From the IMG/VR virus record IMGVR_UViG_3300025530_000412: a DNA stretch of 64,000 nt, one strand, 5' to 3'. The position numbers were made by a program, and so were the translations under genes. The first letter of the stretch is position 1, and every line of letters begins with the position of its first letter. The notes below the pieces were generated by a model. The model ran no database searches. It worked only from the letters and a program-made list of their open reading frames with translations, and was not told where the DNA came from. This document shows positions 11,294 to 22,945 of the stretch, piece after piece. The stretch comes from an uncultured virus (IMG/VR IMGVR_UViG_3300025530_000412). Taxonomy: Duplodnaviria; Heunggongvirae; Uroviricota; Caudoviricetes.

Positions 11294-11563
11294 TCAATCG
11301 ATAAATTCATATTCTTCTGTTTCATCTGACCATTTACAATGGCCTTCAAAAATTGTTATAATACCGTTGAAAACAATACCCGTTGCGGCTGCCCAATGAT
11401 ACAGATCATCAAGGGTAGCTAGTCCGTAACTTTGGCCGGTTCGACTAGCTTCCTGTTCATCTGAGGTGAGTAGCCAGTGACGGGTATTTGTTTTTGGATC
11501 GGTATATACGCAATAGTAAATATGCTGATAGCTATTCACTATGTATGTCACCTCCTTGTCCAA
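11294..11563 (-). CDS. Hypothetical protein
   Basis: ORF with RBS and own minus-strand promoter TTGACA(11609-11604)-17-TATTAT. Confidence 0.6.
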   Translation of the reverse strand: MDKEVTYIVNSYQHIYYCVYTDPKTNTRHWLLTSDEQEASRTGQSYGLATLDDLYHWAAATGIVFNGIITIFEGHCKWSDETEEYEFID

Positions 11564-11683
11564 GGGAATTTCTTACCAACATAATACTTTATGTGTGTCA
11601 TGGTGTCAATATGTTAATTAAAAATTTGATTGTGTTATGACACAAACTATATTATAATTGGTATAGAAAGGAGGACACAGGGA

Positions 11684-12469
11684 GTGGAAATTAATCAACA
11701 TACAAAACTTAAAGATATTTTTTATAATTTTCGCACTAAAAATGATTGGACTTTAAGAGAATTTGCGAATAAAGTTGGTTTTTTGACTTACTCTTATTTA
11801 GGTAAGATCGAAAGGGGAGAGGTTTTACCCTCTAGAGACACGTTAAAAAAAATTGCAGATCGGTTTGATCTATCTTACTATCGTTTATTATTATCCGCTG
11901 GATATAAAGTAGATTTGGAAAAAGATATAAAAACAGTAGATTTGGGAATTCGGGGTAAAGAATTGCAAAAATTTATATTAACGAACAGTCTTTCAATTTA
12001 TGCTTTGCCTGATTTGGGAAATTTAATAACAGAAAGTAAAATAAATCCATATACCTTTTGTGATATAATTGGCATACAATATTCGGAATTAAAAGATTTA
12101 GTGAATTTAGATAGATCTGTTTCTTTAGAGGAAGCATTAAGAATATGCAAATTTCTTGCGATTAAATTTTATGAAGGGTTTCAAATTGTAAGAAAAGGGG
12201 TTTATCATTCATTTGTAATAGACGATGAAGATGTTGCCATGACTATTCATAAATATATCGAAGAAGAATCAAATGTTTTTTATCGTATAAGAGATGATGA
12301 AATATTGTATGTGAAAGACAAACAATATAATTATATTGCTTCAAATAATAAACTTATATTTGATGATTGTTTTGAAGAAAAATTAACTCAAGATGAAATA
12401 GAATATTTGAAAGAATGTCTTATTGTTTATAGAAAATTAAATTTAAAGCCATTAAAACCAATTCCATAA
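11684..12469 (+). CDS. XRE-family HTH transcriptional regulator (possibly tandem HTH)
   Basis: R.KNDWTLREFANKVG..TYSYLGKIERGEVLPS..TLKKIA; RBS GGAGG + GTG. Confidence 0.8.
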   Translation: MEINQHTKLKDIFYNFRTKNDWTLREFANKVGFLTYSYLGKIERGEVLPSRDTLKKIADRFDLSYYRLLLSAGYKVDLEKDIKTVDLGIRGKELQKFILTNSLSIYALPDLGNLITESKINPYTFCDIIGIQYSELKDLVNLDRSVSLEEALRICKFLAIKFYEGFQIVRKGVYHSFVIDDEDVAMTIHKYIEEESNVFYRIRDDEILYVKDKQYNYIASNNKLIFDDCFEEKLTQDEIEYLKECLIVYRKLNLKPLKPIP

Positions 12470-15400
12470 TCAGGATTGGTTATATTTTATAAAATTAATA
12501 TTTAATTTTTTGTATTAAAACGTTGAAAAAGATGGTATAATAAAAATAAATAGTAATAGTGTTAAAGGGTGTATTTAATGAATATAATCAAAATTGCAGT
12601 TAAAATGTTGGAGAACCGCTTAAAATAGTAGAAGTAGAGGATTCAATTGAAGTGTTTGAGAGATATTTATATATTGATGGGAAATTACACGTTTTGAAAC
12701 ATTATATCAAGGAGATTGAAAAAGGAAGGTTTGATTAAAAATTTTAGTAAGTGTAAATTGAGGTGATAATTAATATGAGAAAATTTTACAGTATAAGCTC
12801 TACTCCATATTGTTCGTTTTTAGATCAATATGTCAAAGTTGTTTATGCAGAGAAATTAGAAGAAGCACATGTTTATTTGGTTAAATATGAAGATGAAGAA
12901 GATATATATCACGAAAAAATAGTCGAGCATCATAAATATGGAAAACCAGTATTATTTGATAGTAAAGAAGAATACGAACAATTTAAGGCCAAGATTATAG
13001 AAAATAGAAAAAATCATCTTCTGGTAGATGATAATTGGATTGAATTTTTGTATTCTGAATATTGTTCTAATTATTCTGAGCAAACATATGAAATCGACAG
13101 AGAAGCTATTAGACAAATAATTAAAGAAAAACTTGGGATTGATGTTTAAAAATTTGAGGTCCCACACTTATTCAAGATTTATAATAAAAGAATGATTTTA
13201 TCGCCCAATAAAAGGAGGAGATTTACATAAATGTCCGAAATTTTTGAAAGGAAAAGCGGAATGATTGAATTGGTATCTAAACATGATAACATGACTAGGA
13301 TTATATTTTATCCATCTGATTATGATTCGGAATCTGCTCATTCACTATCTGGAAAATTATATGAAGCCGTTTCGTGGGGAGTGTATGACGGTTCAGATGT
13401 CCATGAAATGAATTTTATTGCGGATGTTAGTATAAAATGGGATGGATGTTCTCACTATTGGTTTTATGGTGAAGATTATATTGATGAAGGTGAAAAAGAT
13501 AGTTATTACCACCTGTGCGGTGTTCATTCATATCTTACTTTTATGAGATCGTTAGTTTTTGCTTATGAGATTATGATTGATAAAGTTGGTGAGGATGCAA
13601 TTGGGGAAACAGAAGAAATCGCACAACTAAGAAAACTTGGTTTGTTAGATGGATATGAAATCAGAAAAATCCAATAAAAGAGTTGTTTTAAACAAAAATG
13701 TTAGAGGGTGAACATTAATGAAATATACTTGCAAAAAATGTGGTGAAAATAGATTTTTTTATATTGAAATATCGGTAAAAGCAAAACAAAGGATAGATTT
13801 GAAGCAAGGGTCACGACATAAAAAAGTGTATGATATTGATCCTAATATTATTGATGGGATTTATGAAGATATTATTTACTGTGGAAAGTGCAATGAACAA
13901 GTAGATACGAAACAATGGATCGAATATTTTGAAAAAGATTATTAATAATTGGTGATGACAATGAAATAAAAAAAAAGAAAATGGTATGTTCGGTTCGGTT
14001 TATAAAAGCAAGAAAAAAAGTGTTTAGCTATAGTGGTGTTTTTGTTGTAGAAAAACCTGATAAATCGCGCTATAGTTTCTTGGGCAATAAATTATTGTTA
14101 AACAAACTTTGGAAAGCACAAAGGGCCACTGAAAATTGGATTGATGAAATGATTTGATAGAATAAAACACTGATTTTAAGGGGTTAAATACAAATGCACA
14201 ACTTTGAAGAAATATTAAATATGACTGATGAAGAATTAATAAAATCTCACAACAAAATGTCAAATTACACTTATAGTGGAGATTTTTTTATTAAAGAATA
14301 TTACAGACGACAACATAGTAAATCAGCTGAAACAGTTGAAAAAATGACAAGGCAAATGTTGACTTTTACAGTTATAATGACTATCCTGACTTTTGTAAAT
14401 GTTGCAATGGTAGGAATATCTTTACTGAGATGATTAAGTATTTTATTCAGATAAGCGGATAAATGAAAAGAAGTGGAAAATAAAAAAACTGATTTCATCC
14501 AAAATTGAAGAGAGGAGGAAGTATGAAGGGGTACAAATATGTTGCATGGGATATTGATGAACATAATTCAAGTATTAACTTAAGCAAGGCAGCGAGGCAT
14601 GAAATAGTTCATTTTAGCGAACTAAAGACAGCAAAAGGGTATTATGACAAAGAATTTGTAAATGGTATCCATTTTTGTAGAACGCAACATGATTTAATAC
14701 AATGGGTCAAAGATTGTTTTGAGTGGGAAGATCCATCTTGTATAGAAATTCTAGAAGTAATTCCCGTTGCAAAAGTAAGGCAAAGGAAATATGGAGATGG
14801 ACGCACAGCATTTATTACAGAGTCTTGTTATGTGAGAGTCTTAGAAGACGATGAGATTGATTCAGAGCTTTTACAAATAATACATTCTCATTTTGGATAA
14901 AAAAATATTAATTTAGATCGGATAAAAAATACTGGAGGGCTGAGATGCAGAACAATACTACACATGAATATAAAGTTAAAGGTATTGTAGTAAGAGAAGG
15001 AGAAAATTGGTACATTAAAAATGAAGATAAATATTATTTGGCTTCTGACTTGCTTACAGGAATTGATTTAATTAGTATCGATTGCGATAATTATACAACT
15101 CGTGAAGGTGATGAAATTGAAATTTATATTGGCGTTAAAAGTAAATAAAAAGATATTAAAGTAAAGATTGAACAAACTTTTTATGAGATGTTCGACAGAA
15201 ATCATACTTTTTGTCTTGATGAAGTAATAAAAAATAAAAGAAAGGTTGGGTGAATAATGAATAAGCTTGTCATGTGTTTTCTCAACACAGGAGTAGGAAA
15301 TGAAGAATTTGAGTATGAAGAAACAGATACAATACCGAATTGTATGAATTGCCGATTTAGATATAATTTATCTGTAGTTGCACCTTGTTTTGATTGTAAT

Positions 15401-15545
15401 GGGTATTATGATACAGGAAGATCCTATTTTACGGAAAAGCAGAATATTTTTAATGAATGGACAAAGGATAAAGAAGGGGAAAATTGAACATATTAAATTG
15501 ATAATTTAATTAAAGGAGAGAAAAGAGTTATAAAGAAAGTATAGT

Positions 15546-15852
15546 GGCATACGATGTCAAGACAGTTTTTTAATGAATTAGCTGTGTTTTGGTTCATTGT
15601 TGAAAAATTGCATTATACGAACGAATGTTCTATACTGATAATAAGAACATTTATTCGTAGAGGTGTGCTATGGACTTCAGCGGATCACGGGTGACTCGCC
15701 AGCGATACCTGTGCAAGCATTGCGGGAAAACGTTCAACGACCTCACCGGCACGCCCAGCACGTTTGAGACCGAAACCAGTCTGCGACAAGCACGGTTTGC
15801 CTCCTAACACCAAGAAACAAGAAAAAAAACAACAGCAAACCTAAACACAGCT
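15546..15852 (+). mobile_element. Internally deleted IS1595-family remnant
   Basis: GC-rich ORF 15670-15807 encodes RQRYLCKHCGKTFNDLTGTP (IS1595 transposase Zn ribbon); GGCATACGATG-type end at 15546; ends approximate. Confidence 0.6.
15608..15657 (+). promoter_or_regulatory. SOS-regulated promoter with two LexA boxes
   Basis: TTGCAT-17-TATACT; CGAACGAATGTTC 15618-15630 in the spacer; GAACATTTATTC 15645-15656. Confidence 0.7.
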
Positions 15853-17093
15853 AAAAATTTATCAATGGATTAGATATGATTGCTTGAAATATATTCGAAA
15901 GAAAAAATCCAATAAAAACTGACTTTCATAAGGAAAAGGAGAATGAAGGAAATGAATTATAAGGCAGATATTCGTTACATGACAGTTGAAAACAATGAAT
16001 TCGTATTTAAGGACGGAATTGGATTTTTCAGTGAAGAAGCCGAACATCAGGCACGAAACAATTTTAACGTTATTAGGCAAGAATGCAAAGAAGTTAAACA
16101 CAGCGATCACTTGTTTGATTTATATATTGACGGGGATCTTATCGACACTTATGGTGTATCCAAAGAAGACGCTCAAAAAATTATTGATAAGTACTTTGTA
16201 AATACACTATGAAAGTTACACTTTTATAGAAAGGGGGATTAATAAAATTGCAGATCAAAGATGAGAAAAAATTAGCAGAATTTATTGCCGATCATTTACC
16301 TATTAGTTATGAATATGCATGGCACTTTGTAGATGGTGCATTAAAAGGCGGAATGTTTATTGAACAAATTAACTTCATAATAGCATTAAGTACCAGAGAT
16401 AAAATAATCGAAGATCTTCAACGGGAAAACTATGAATTGAAAAGAAAATTGTATGAAAATAAATAAGAGGTCAATTACATAAGAAAGGGAGAAGAGGAAA
16501 TGTCAAATAAAGTCTGTAAAAATTGTTGGCATTGGGAAGCCCCGGATTACTCTCAAATGTCCGGAGTATGTGCTTTAGATATATATGATAAACCATATGG
16601 CGAAACTGATGCTTGTGATAAGTTTGAAGACAGATATGAAGATGAAGAAGAGTAAACAAAACGTCAATTTTATAAGGAGTGGTATTTAGTGATTGATAAA
16701 AATTGCAAACATGAAGACAAAAGGGAAATCGGGATTAATAGAGGATTTGAATTTGCACTAATAACAGTTTGTAATTATTGTGGTTTAGTTTTAGATGAAA
16801 AAGTAATTGAAGATATCCAATAAATAAGTAAAATTTTATAAGAAAGGGTGTTTAGATGTATTTAAATAGAAATGATTGGGATATTATTTATGACATTGAG
16901 AATAGAGCAAACGAAGGAAAAGCAACAAACGATGATGCGATAGTATTATTAAAATTAATAAGAAAAATGAATGGTAATATTATTGAACCAAAAACACATG
17001 ATGCCATACAAAAATTAATTGACTCTCTTTATTGATCTGAATAAAAAATCCATTTTAATTGAAGAAGAAATTAACAGAATGGGTAGAGTAAAT

Positions 17094-17396
17094 ATGAAAA
17101 AATTTATTTGTTTTTCGTTAATATTTGTTTTCATCTTATTGTATGCAACAAATCCAAATAATAATGAATTCAAAAGTTTTTTTATGATGAATGAAATTAA
17201 GCCTGATACATGGAACAAAGATAGTGTTGATTATTTTAATAAAATAACAGATTTGTTTAGCAGAAGACAAAATTATATCATTTTTTCAATATATGATTTT
17301 AAACAGAATAGTAATTCTGGTTATGTGCATAAAAAGTATGTTGCAGTATTTAATCAATTTATTCGGTTTAAAAGTGAAGTTTCAAGTAAGGATTGA
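17094..17396 (+). CDS. DUF4359-like membrane-anchored protein
   Basis: TM/signal followed by ATNP; RQNYIIFSIY motif. Confidence 0.55.
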   Translation: MKKFICFSLIFVFILLYATNPNNNEFKSFFMMNEIKPDTWNKDSVDYFNKITDLFSRRQNYIIFSIYDFKQNSNSGYVHKKYVAVFNQFIRFKSEVSSKD

Positions 17397-18490
17397 ATGA
17401 AAAGACTATTTTATTGGGAATGGGGTAAATTGAACATTGGAATGTAAATTTTTTAAAGATGTGCCCGTTTATGAATGGGATGATTTAGATGGGAAAAGTC
17501 TAATAATTCGAGTTTCGGAAGATAAAGGGAACAAAATTTTATATGGTTATGATCCAATTGATAATGTTTTATATGTTCTCGCTGAACAAATCAGTGAATA
17601 AAATAACGGTTTTACAGGAATTGAAAAGGGGAGGTTCGAATTATTTGTTAAAAGAAAATGATAAAGTATATTTTGTTGATTTGGATAGTGGCGAAATGAT
17701 TGAAGGTTTTTTGATTCATAATGACAATGGGCATTTCAAAAAATTGTTAATTAAATTTAATGATAATAACATGTTTAAATTATTTGTCAAAAGATGAGAA
17801 ACGGGAATGGAGAAAGAAGAAAAGTTAAAGGGAGAATGTGCGATGAATAAAGAAAAATATTTGAAGCTAGAAATTTTAATTGCAAATAAACTATACAAAA
17901 GTGAGACAGATCAGATAAAGAAATTAATGTATAAGGGTTGGTTAGAAAAATTAGTGGCTGATTATCAGTCAAAGTTATGACATGCGAGTGAGATGTATGT
18001 CTTTTGATCACGAAATGGCTAAACTTATACAACGTTATCTAAAGGATAATGGACAGGATTATACAATTAATGAAATATTGCTTAGACCAAGATGGAAAAG
18101 AGTTTGGTACTGGTGGCTTGCTCTTGAAAAATATGAAGGCAAACCAATGCCAAAGGATATATCGATTGATGAGTGCAGAAAAATTTATGGAGATGATTAA
18201 GTAAGGTGCTTGAGTACATTGAAAAATTAGAAGGAGTTATTGGTGCTTTATTGGGTGTAATTGCAACATTGGTTACAACAAAATTGTTGAAATATATTGG
18301 AGGTATAAGGTTTTATTTAGTTGGTGATGATTTTAAATTTAATAAGTTTGAAGAAACTGACTATGGAGAAACAGTATTAGTTCCTTCCAATAAATTAGAG
18401 TCTGATCATTGCAATGTTGATTTCGTTGTTGAAATATATAATAATTCTGAAATGATGATGGCATTAAGGGATTTAAAGATATGCTTTTAT

Positions 18491-19782
18491 ATGTAATCGC
18501 CGTAAAACCCCTAGCTTTAGCTATGGGGATATAAGGCGACAAAACAACTTCATTAATTAAAAATATTTTGCTATAATAGAAACAAGGAGGTGTAATAAAA
18601 TGGCAACATTTCATAAAGCCTATAAATTCCGCATCTACCCTAACAAACAACAACAAGAGTTAATCCATAAAACTTTCGGATGTTGCCGTTTTATTTATAA
18701 TCACTTCCTTACTAGACGAAAAGAAGTATTTGAAAAAGAAAATAAAACATTAAACTATAATGTGTGTTCTTCTGAATTAACCAAACTCAAAAAAGAATTG
18801 GTTTGGCTTAAAGAAGTAGATTCAACAGCATTGCAAACATCGTTAAAAGATTTGGATAGTGCGTTTCAAAAGTTTTTTAAGGAGAAATTGGGATATCCAA
18901 AATACAAATCAAAAAAGAATCCAGTTCAATCATATACATCCAAGATGAATATAAAAGTTTTTGACAAACATATTCAGCTTCCTAAACTTGGACTTGTAAA
19001 ATACGCTAAATCAAGAGAAGTTGAAGGAAAGATTATTAAAGCAACAATAAGAAAAAATCTATCAGACAAATACTTTGTATCTATTGTATGTGAAGTTGAT
19101 GTTCAACAATTGCCACAAGTCGAAAATAGAATTGGTATTGATCTTGGTATTAGCCATTTTGCTACATTGTCTAATGGAGAAAAGATTGATAATCCAAAGT
19201 TTTTGGTAAAATATCAAAAACAATTAGTATATTGGCAACGCAAATTGTCTCGTAGAACGAAAGGCGGCAAAAATCGGGAAAAAGCTAAACTAAAAGTAGC
19301 TAAAATCCATGAAAAAATAGTCAATTGTCGTAAAGACTTTTTGCATAAGTTATCTTCAAAGCTGATTAACGAAAATCAAGTGATCGCTATTGAAGATTTA
19401 AATGTAAAAGGTATGATGCAAAATCATAAGTTAGCAAGACATATTGGTGATGTTTCATGGAGTGAGTTTAGACGGCAATTGGAATATAAAGCACAATGGT
19501 ATGGACGTGAGATTAAAGTTATTGGAAGATTTGAAGCAAGTAGTCAGATTTGTTCTGAATGTGGATATAAAAATGAACAAGTTAAAGATTTAAGTATTAG
19601 AAATTGGATATGTTCTGAATGTGGAGTGGAGCATGATAGAGATGTAAATGCAGCGAAAAATATATTGAAAATGGCTGTTTAATAAATTGAACTGTGGGAC
19701 ACACAGGGATAGCTTGGTCAATATCCTGTCGATGGACGGGAATTCCCAAGAATCCCCTGCCTTTAGGCATGGGGAGTGTCAA
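18491..19782 (+). mobile_element. IS200/IS605 family, IS1341-type (tnpB only)
   Basis: TAM TTTAT 18486-18490; subterminal hairpins at both ends; ends in TCAA; no tnpA in window. Confidence 0.92.
18600..19682 (+). CDS. tnpB: RNA-guided endonuclease TnpB
   Basis: [13 protein letters not shown] (RuvC-I D), IAIEDL (E), CSECG..CSECG Zn finger, DRDVNAA (D); triad intact. Confidence 0.96.
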   Translation: MATFHKAYKFRIYPNKQQQELIHKTFGCCRFIYNHFLTRRKEVFEKENKTLNYNVCSSELTKLKKELVWLKEVDSTALQTSLKDLDSAFQKFFKEKLGYPKYKSKKNPVQSYTSKMNIKVFDKHIQLPKLGLVKYAKSREVEGKIIKATIRKNLSDKYFVSIVCEVDVQQLPQVENRIGIDLGISHFATLSNGEKIDNPKFLVKYQKQLVYWQRKLSRRTKGGKNREKAKLKVAKIHEKIVNCRKDFLHKLSSKLINENQVIAIEDLNVKGMMQNHKLARHIGDVSWSEFRRQLEYKAQWYGREIKVIGRFEASSQICSECGYKNEQVKDLSIRNWICSECGVEHDRDVNAAKNILKMAV

Positions 19783-19798
19783 TGAATTTCATTAAGTA
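19690..19798 (+). ncRNA. TnpB omegaRNA scaffold (3' part) plus flanking guide
   Basis: Conserved right-end scaffold ending TCAA at 19782; predicted guide TGAATTTCATTAAGTA; 5' end unknown. Confidence 0.7.
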
Positions 19799-19969
19799 AA
19801 TAGGTGTAATCGGAAGTATGAAATTTTTGTAGTGAAAAGTATAAATAAAAAATAAAATCAAGACAGTTGACAAAAAGAATAAAATATCTTATTATTAACT
19901 CAAATCAATGATTGTAATTTTTTACAATATTCGCCCCATTCTATACATATACATGCAAAAATAAATTTT

Positions 19970-21364
19970 TTGTGTGTATATCTTTCGTATTTTTATGATA
20001 TAATGCTAACGAGTAAATTATATGGGATGGGGATGATGAGAATTATGACAGTCATGCAAGCTAATGAAGAACTGTTGCATGGATTGAATGTGTTGTTTCA
20101 GGAGATTCGTGAAGATAAAAAATTGCAAATTGAAATCGACAATCAACTTGTCGAACACAATTTTAGACGTGGAACTTTAAACGAAGTCATGCTTAATCCT
20201 GAACGTATCTTTAGTTTTGAAACCGTTGAGGCTGCGGCGTTTATAAATTCGATTTATAAAGTAACAAAAAGACATGAAATTAATCCGCAAAAATATTTTT
20301 CGGCTAAGGATATCAAAAAAGCCGAAAAATATACAAGAAATAAAGTGGAATTTGAATATCCGTATACCCTTCATCGTGTAATTAAAGCATCCGACACTGA
20401 GTATGCTACCGTTATGTCTGCTAAAGAAATTGCTGCTTGGTGGAATAACGAAGCATTGACATATAACTTTCAAACTCAAAGATTGTCAAAAAAGAAAATC
20501 AATAAAGAGGGTAAAGTAATTGAAAAGCCTGATGTAAGGATAAAAAGTGTCAAAAGAATAACTGAATTGATGCTTAGTGGTCGTTATAAATCCAATGCGC
20601 TTTTGTTTAACATTTTAGTGGATGGAAATGACAACATCGAATATGATGATGGCGAGTTAACCATTTATGAAGGTACAACAGTTAATCTCATTGATGGTAT
20701 GCATCGTGTACAAGCTATGTTAAATGCCTTGGAAGAAAATCCTGATTTTGATCGAAACTTTATTGTGGCAATCACTCATTTACCGATTTCAGAAGCACAA
20801 GATTTGTTGAGCCAAGTTAATACCACAAACCGTTTCGATGCAACACTGGCAAAATATTATGGTGCCAATAAATTAGGCGAACAAATTGCTAAAGATTTGA
20901 TGAATATTCCTGAGTTGATTGGACGTGTATCGATTAAGACAACATTAGATAAAAAATTGAGTTATTTAACTAACTTTGCTGTATTATCTGAGGCGATTGA
21001 AGATGTATTTAAACCTCAAACGACCAAAGATCGGTATGACATTTTGGAAGTATTGAAAAAGTTTTTTGGATATTTAATCAACGCTTATGAATTTGAATTT
21101 GTAAAAAATGTAGATGAGGTCAGAAAGATTTCTTGGATCAATCATCATAATACTTTTGTTGGCTATGTTGCTTTGGCAAAAAAATTGTATGAAAAGTATG
21201 GATTTGATTTTCCTGTAAATAAAATTACTGATGCTGTTAACAGCATTGATTTTAGAAAGCAAGAAGGTTTGCCGTTTAACAATATTATGGCTCCACAAGG
21301 AAAAGTTAATTCCAATGTTATTAAGCGCAACATCAAAGAGTTTTTTGAGAAAATTGACGTTTAA
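19970..21364 (+). CDS. DndB/DGQHR-like ParB-superfamily protein, SPbeta YopQ (SroE)-like
   Basis: YNFQTQR and LIDGMHR motifs; directly upstream of YopR-like gene; likely start ~20045; promoter TTGACA 19867-17-TATTAT. Confidence 0.7.
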   Translation: MCVYLSYFYDIMLTSKLYGMGMMRIMTVMQANEELLHGLNVLFQEIREDKKLQIEIDNQLVEHNFRRGTLNEVMLNPERIFSFETVEAAAFINSIYKVTKRHEINPQKYFSAKDIKKAEKYTRNKVEFEYPYTLHRVIKASDTEYATVMSAKEIAAWWNNEALTYNFQTQRLSKKKINKEGKVIEKPDVRIKSVKRITELMLSGRYKSNALLFNILVDGNDNIEYDDGELTIYEGTTVNLIDGMHRVQAMLNALEENPDFDRNFIVAITHLPISEAQDLLSQVNTTNRFDATLAKYYGANKLGEQIAKDLMNIPELIGRVSIKTTLDKKLSYLTNFAVLSEAIEDVFKPQTTKDRYDILEVLKKFFGYLINAYEFEFVKNVDEVRKISWINHHNTFVGYVALAKKLYEKYGFDFPVNKITDAVNSIDFRKQEGLPFNNIMAPQGKVNSNVIKRNIKEFFEKIDV

Positions 21365-21380
21365 GGAGTTGTGATCATCA

Positions 21381-22367
21381 ATGAAAAACACAATATACAG
21401 TGGTGAATTATACAATCCAGAAATAAAAGAACGATTCTTAAGTAAGTATAAAGAAAACACACAAAAAACCCTTAAACGTATATTTAAAGCATCGTATTAT
21501 TCAGAGAAGGATTTAGATAAAGATTTGTACGCTTTTTCGCGTGATGAATTAAGAAGTTTCTTTTACTTTTTGAAACCTTTAAAATTCAATTCCAGTAAAC
21601 AAAATGGACATTTAGTAAAACATTATATTGATTGGGCAATTGAGCAAGGGATCAAAAAGGGCGTAAATCCTTTAGATGGACTTTCCCCAGAATGGTATAA
21701 GCAATTTGTAGATGCCGAATCCAAGCAATACTTTACGGAAGATGAATTGAATTACGTTGTAGATCATTGTCACAACGCTCAAGATGCGGTCATTGTCCAA
21801 TTAATTATGGAAGGCGTCTTGGGAGAATCATGTGAAGAGCTTTTGAATTTGCGAAAAGATGATATTGATTTTCAAAATAATGTACTTTCGCTTACCGATG
21901 ATATTAATAAGAAGTCGAGAAAAATAAAAGTAAGCGATAAATGTATTAGGCTGTGTAAACAAGCATTGAATGAAACCGAGTACGAAAAACTTAATGGAGA
22001 AGCAAGTCCGGATGTGCGAAGTCCAGTGGTCAAATTAGTGGATAATGATTATGTTATAAAGTCAGCACTGACCAATACTAAGAGTTTTGGAAAGGCCACA
22101 AAAAATATTATTCATCGCAGACTGGATGTTCTTTCAAACTATTTTAAATTGCCCAATTTTACACCCAAAAACATTCATTATTCGGGTATGTTGATAATGG
22201 CTAAAAATCTTTATCTACAGAGAGGAAATTTAGACAAAAATGAATATGACATGATCTTGGATACGTTTGGAATTAAAAATCTGGTTACAAACGAATCACA
22301 AGTATTTAATGCAATGAGACAGGAGTTTTTGAATATAGAGAAGATAAAAGAACTGTACAAAATTTAA
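21381..22367 (+). CDS. Tyrosine-recombinase-fold repressor, SPbeta YopR/MrpR (SroF)-like; catalytic residues degenerate
   Basis: YNPEIKERFL, NAQDAVIVQL.MEG, EELLNLRKDDI, TPKNIHYSG; lacks catalytic R and HxxR. Confidence 0.75.
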   Translation: MKNTIYSGELYNPEIKERFLSKYKENTQKTLKRIFKASYYSEKDLDKDLYAFSRDELRSFFYFLKPLKFNSSKQNGHLVKHYIDWAIEQGIKKGVNPLDGLSPEWYKQFVDAESKQYFTEDELNYVVDHCHNAQDAVIVQLIMEGVLGESCEELLNLRKDDIDFQNNVLSLTDDINKKSRKIKVSDKCIRLCKQALNETEYEKLNGEASPDVRSPVVKLVDNDYVIKSALTNTKSFGKATKNIIHRRLDVLSNYFKLPNFTPKNIHYSGMLIMAKNLYLQRGNLDKNEYDMILDTFGIKNLVTNESQVFNAMRQEFLNIEKIKELYKI

Positions 22368-22421
22368 TTTGAATATTAATGTGTCGTGCAAAAATACATG
22401 GCACATTAATATTCAAATTAA
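22364..22421. terminator. Long inverted repeat (20-bp perfect arms) after the repressor gene
   Basis: TTAATTTGAATATTAATGTG 22364-22383 / CACATTAATATTCAAATTAA 22402-22421. Confidence 0.6.
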
Positions 22422-22536
22422 CAAATTAAAATATAAAATTAATAATAAATCATTGTAATTGGAACTTACTTCCTTTGTAATGCTTATTTTAAAGTATTAA
22501 TATTGATGTTGACATCTTCAAATAGGTGACAACATC

Positions 22537-22893
22537 ATGAGTGGCTTTATTGTTCAAAATTTAAATAACAATAAAGAATATAGATTTGTTTCAATGAAAG
22601 ATGTTTTAATGATAACAATGACCAATGGGAGGATTCCAACATTTTATTGCAATGAAGGACAATTTCTTTTGATAAACAAATTTGAACAATACAAAGATAT
22701 GGTCAAGATATTGGGGTATAATTTTAAAGAGAGTGACCGGGGGATATTAATAAATTGTGATCATGCAAAAGAATTTAATGAAAAAAGACGGATAATAATT
22801 TTAAACAAAGAGAAGAACATATTTGCAACTGTATCAGAAAGTCGTAAACCTGAATTTGTTTCAATAAATCCACGGAAAAATGCGCTTGATTAA
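22537..22893 (+). CDS. LytTR-like DNA-binding domain protein
   Basis: F..SDRGILIN and ATVSE..K patterns; 118 aa. Confidence 0.55.
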   Translation: MSGFIVQNLNNNKEYRFVSMKDVLMITMTNGRIPTFYCNEGQFLLINKFEQYKDMVKILGYNFKESDRGILINCDHAKEFNEKRRIIILNKEKNIFATVSESRKPEFVSINPRKNALD

Positions 22894-22931
22894 TCATAAA
22901 ACTGGTTATATAATACTTATACATCAAAATG

Positions 22932-22945
22932 CGAACATATGTTCT
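22932..22945. promoter_or_regulatory. LexA SOS box
   Basis: CGAACATATGTTCT just downstream of TATAAT. Confidence 0.7.

Noticed and set aside
19970..21364. Dnd phosphorothioation system
   Set aside because: No dndA/C/D/E in the window; context matches SPbeta yopQ.
21381..22367. Active integrase or cassette recombinase
   Set aside because: Catalytic Arg and HxxR are replaced (EGVLG; PKNIHYSG), fitting an MrpR-like repressor.
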